Assembly: GCA_038087875.1 (NCBI GenBank)
Contig: CM075988.1
Coordinates: forward strand, 2,604,001-2,668,000
Direction of reading: 5' to 3'
Length of the DNA: 64,000 nt
From: Malacoraja senta
Taxonomy: Eukaryota
Shown here: positions 60,768-64,000 of the stretch, one piece after another
Layout: each line of letters opens with the position of its first letter
Position numbering within the stretch: the first letter of the stretch is position 1
Made by a program: the position numbers and the translations under genes
The notes under the pieces: model-generated
What the model was told of the DNA's origin: nothing
Database searches by the model: none
Seen by the model: only the letters and a program-made list of their open reading frames with translations

Positions 60768-62288
60768 CCATTCTTATTATCATGGAACTTTCGTGACCTG
60801 GTGTCTGCTATCGTGTTTGGTAGATAGATAGCTGAAATCCAAATGTTCTTTTCAATACACCAAGACCAAAGTTGATTAGCCATTTTGTCACATGACCCCG
60901 ACTTGATACCACCCATATCATTAATATAGACAACTGCTGTTGTGTTTATCAATTTGAACTTGAACATGCCTTTTAGTTGTGTTAGAACATAAGCTTGGAG
61001 TCCATAGAAACATCCTGAAACTCCAAATAGTTAACTCCCCATGTCTGCAGTAACAATGACTCTTCCTGATTCCATCTGCCTCCGCAGCTAGATGCTAAGT
61101 CAGTTGCACCCCATCCTAGTGCACTGGAATCAGTTTGTAATATCATGGAAGGTTGTTCAATCAGCACTTTGCTGGAACTGCTTGAGACATGTAGAATCCA
61201 CCACTGCAGATCAGAAACAGCATTTGTTGTTAGTTGCATGGTTCTATCAAAATGACCAGCATGTATTCTCAGTGCCTGTTCTTTAACTTTCTGCAGCTGT
61301 TGATAATGTAATGGTCCGTATTGGACTGCTGGGAATGCTGCTACTAATTTTCCCAGTACTCGAGCCACCTGTCTGATTGAGGGTTTTTGCTCGTTTAACA
61401 GATTACTGCAATCTTTAATCAACTCCACCCTTTTTTCACTGGGCAAAGTAATTTTCATTTGGACTGAATCAATTGTGAACCCCAAATAATCAATCGAGGT
61501 ACATGGTGTTAACCTTGATTTCTTTGGATGAATTAGAAAACCCCAAACTTTCAAAAGTTGATTTCACAACTGCAACAGATGCTTCTGTTGACTGTTTTGT
61601 CCTTCCTATAATCAGGACATCATCCAAGTATGCCATTAATACATGCCCCTGGCTTCTCAGCAACCCCAGAATTGGTTTTAACAATTTTGTGAATATTCTG
61701 GGAGCGGACGTTAACCCATTAGGCAAAGCTTTGAACTGCCATAACTGGTTCATCCATGTAAATTTAAGATACTTCCTATCTTCTGAGTAAACAGACACTG
61801 AATAATATGTATCTTTTAAATCTATAGTTGCCATATGACATGCTTCTGAAATAAGTTGTTTGGCAGTCACAAATGTCTCCCTTTTAAAATGTTTAAATTA
61901 AACAAAAGGATTCAGACTTGTTGAAGTCTAGAATAATCCCACATCCTCCATCCTTTTTTGATCGAGGGAATATATTTGACACAAATTGGTGAATTTGGTA
62001 GACTGATTCTTCAATAACACCTTTTATATATAGGGTTTGAAACGCAGCTTGAACCTCCATCACTTCTTTTTGTGCAAAGTGGAGAGTTCTGCTAGGAACA
62101 TGCTGGACAGGCAAATCATAATTTGGATTGAATTCAATTCGAAATCCTTGTATACTATTCAGAATTACCACATCTGAAGTAATCTTCTTCCAATTGTTAT
62201 AGAAGAGATGTAACCTGCCTCCAACTTTTGGACTTAACCCGGTTAGTATGTTCCCATGAGAACCAGGTCCACCTACCTCTTGAGTCAT
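60761..62288 (-). pseudogene. DIRS reverse transcriptase-RNase H, frameshifted
   Basis: VGGRL, IDLKDTYY, LPNGLTSAPRIFTK, AYLDDVL, YLGFTID, QTDSSALGWG and NTIADTRSR. Confidence 0.9.
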
Positions 62289-62303
62289 TTGAGTACTCTG
62301 AGA

Positions 62304-63343
62304 TCACTGGATTCTCCCGGAAGCACCCCCACTAGTTCTTGCTCCCGCTGCAGGCCGCCAGCTCCGTCCCTGCGTTAATGAGCGACTTGGTCCTGGTCCA
62401 AGATCCGTATGATGTCTGAAAGGATACTTCCTCTTTACAGACTTTACAACCATTGATGTTTTCATCAATCCTGTTTTCGCTTCATCTTCCAACTCTTTAA
62501 TATGTCTCCCGAGATCCTCTCCAAAGAGTAAGTTGGGTAATTGTACATTACTTGGTTTGCAGAGTGCTGCGAATTTCGGATTCATAGTAGGCCGTATAGC
62601 ACCTTTCCTCAGACAATTGATCTCGAAGTGGGTGCTGCATAGCAACCCCAGTGCTTCCTGATGCAACTCCGTCATCTCTTGGCTTTTATCCACTATTTCA
62701 ATTCTCGAGTTCTCATATTCATACTCAACTCATATTTTCTTGCATTCTCATCCATCTCCTGCTGTTCCAGCTGATGGGAAGCCAAGTAATTTATTAGGGA
62801 GGCCAATTCTTATCCTAATGGCTCTCCTGACCCTGACGGGGCAGCGAATCATACTGCCAGGGGTGGAACATCTGGCAGCTGCCGTTCTTCGCCTTGTACA
62901 GCCTCACCGTCAGAGTCGGGGTCTGAAATCTCATGACCCATGGCACGCTCCTCATCCCTGAGGGTGCATTCTATCAGCCCTGTACCAGGAGCTGTTGAGC
63001 TGCTTCCAGCAGCTTGGATTTCAGTACACTCTTACCTGAGTGTGCTTCGCTCCAACAGCCTATGTAGCAGGCTTTCCATTTGGGCAATACGCTTAAAAGC
63101 ATTATCTAGCCCTGGAGCTTCTTCCATTTCCATTTCCTGGGACTCCTCCTCCATGGCCCGTTTCGATTGAACTTGGTCTTGCGCCCGACAGGCGCTGACT
63201 GCCCCAGGTCCACAGTCGCTATGCTCACCGCTGGCGACTGTACCGGGGTTAGAGGCGGTTGGTCGCTAACCGCAGACTCCCGACTTTTCCGACTTTCTGG
63301 CGGCTGAGTCGCTCACCTCTTCCCCCTGCCCGTTTTTTTCCAT
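62304..63343 (-). pseudogene. DIRS gag-like ORF1 remnant
   Basis: EINCLRKGAIRP..LLFGEDL, homologous to the DIRS-1 region at 50100-50890; located between the ITR and the RT. Confidence 0.6.
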
Positions 63344-64000
63344 GGCGTCTGTGAAAAAAATCCCCACAGACCCACAGTAAATGGACCTGAAAATACTGAA
63401 AAAAGTTTTTACTTACCTTGTAGTTAAAAAACTACAAATCCATTAGAGGAGCTCTGCTCCTCACGTCCGTTTGCGTCAAGGCGTCTGACGTAATGACGCG
63501 CAGACGCACTGGTCGGGTTCTTCACGTAGTCACTCACGTGACTCCGAAGTAAAATCAATTGCCAGTCTATCTTGGCCAATTCACGTCTCATACCCTCAAA
63601 GTTACCTTTCTTTAAGTTCAGGACCCTTGTTTCTGAATTAACAATGTCACTCTCCATCCTAATGAAGAACTCAACCATATTATGGTCACTCTTGCCCAAG
63701 GGGCCACGCACAACAAGTCTGCTAACTAACCCTTCCTCAATACCCAGTCTAGAATAGCCTGCTCTCTCATTGGTTCCTCTACATGTTGGTTGAGAAAACT
63801 ATCCCGCATACATTCCAAGAAATCCTCTTCCTCAGCACCCTTGCCAATTTGATTCACCCAATCTATATGTAGATTGAAGTCACCCATTATAACTGTTTTA
63901 CCTTTGTTGCACGCATTTCTAATTTCCTGTTTGATGCCATCCCCAACTCCACTACTACTACACTAAGCCTGTACACAACTCCCACTAGCGTTTTCTGCCC

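Larger units (their letters stand above)
58887..63555 (-). mobile_element. DIRS1-type tyrosine-recombinase retrotransposon 2, complete ends
   Basis: Same termini as DIRS-1 (AGTAAGA.TAAACGAGAAC... / ...GTGACTCCGAAGTAAAAT); ICR at ~59114-59225; the host CR1 is contiguous across it. Confidence 0.95.
56722..64000 (-). mobile_element. CR1 LINE copy 3 (runs off the window end), interrupted by DIRS-2
   Basis: AAACATAG-type tail at ~56722-56745; 568-aa open RT at 57069-58775; resumes at 63556 with GKSDHNMVEF. Confidence 0.95.

Overview
Vertebrate genomic DNA, most likely from a cartilaginous fish such as a skate or ray; this is an inference from the CR1/HER1-type LINEs, V-SINE-like SINEs, Penelope-derived repeats and fish-type L1s. 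The window is almost entirely transposable-element sequence and no host exon could be supported. The first 28 kb holds CR1 LINEs (one near full-length with an SGNH-esterase ORF1), Rex1/Babar LINEs, tRNA SINEs, Penelope GIY-YIG and hammerhead remnants, a Harbinger MITE, and a nest of three non-autonomous Helitrons with an internal empty-site control. The 28-64 kb region is a deep stack of nested insertions. It contains a decayed, env-less gamma/epsilon-like endogenous retrovirus (gag-UGA-pro-RT-RNaseH-IN) and a second related provirus (LTR + tRNA-Pro PBS + leader). It also contains four L1 insertions (one L1 inside another in frame, one flanked by a 97-bp direct duplication), two DIRS1-type tyrosine-recombinase retrotransposons with complete ends, and a third young CR1. 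The best leads are an HxT (2H-phosphodiesterase-like) segment between the ERV protease and RT, a splice acceptor plus small ORF in place of env, and the atypical L1 target-site behaviour. Many repeat boundaries are approximate, and family assignments come from motif recognition without database searches.
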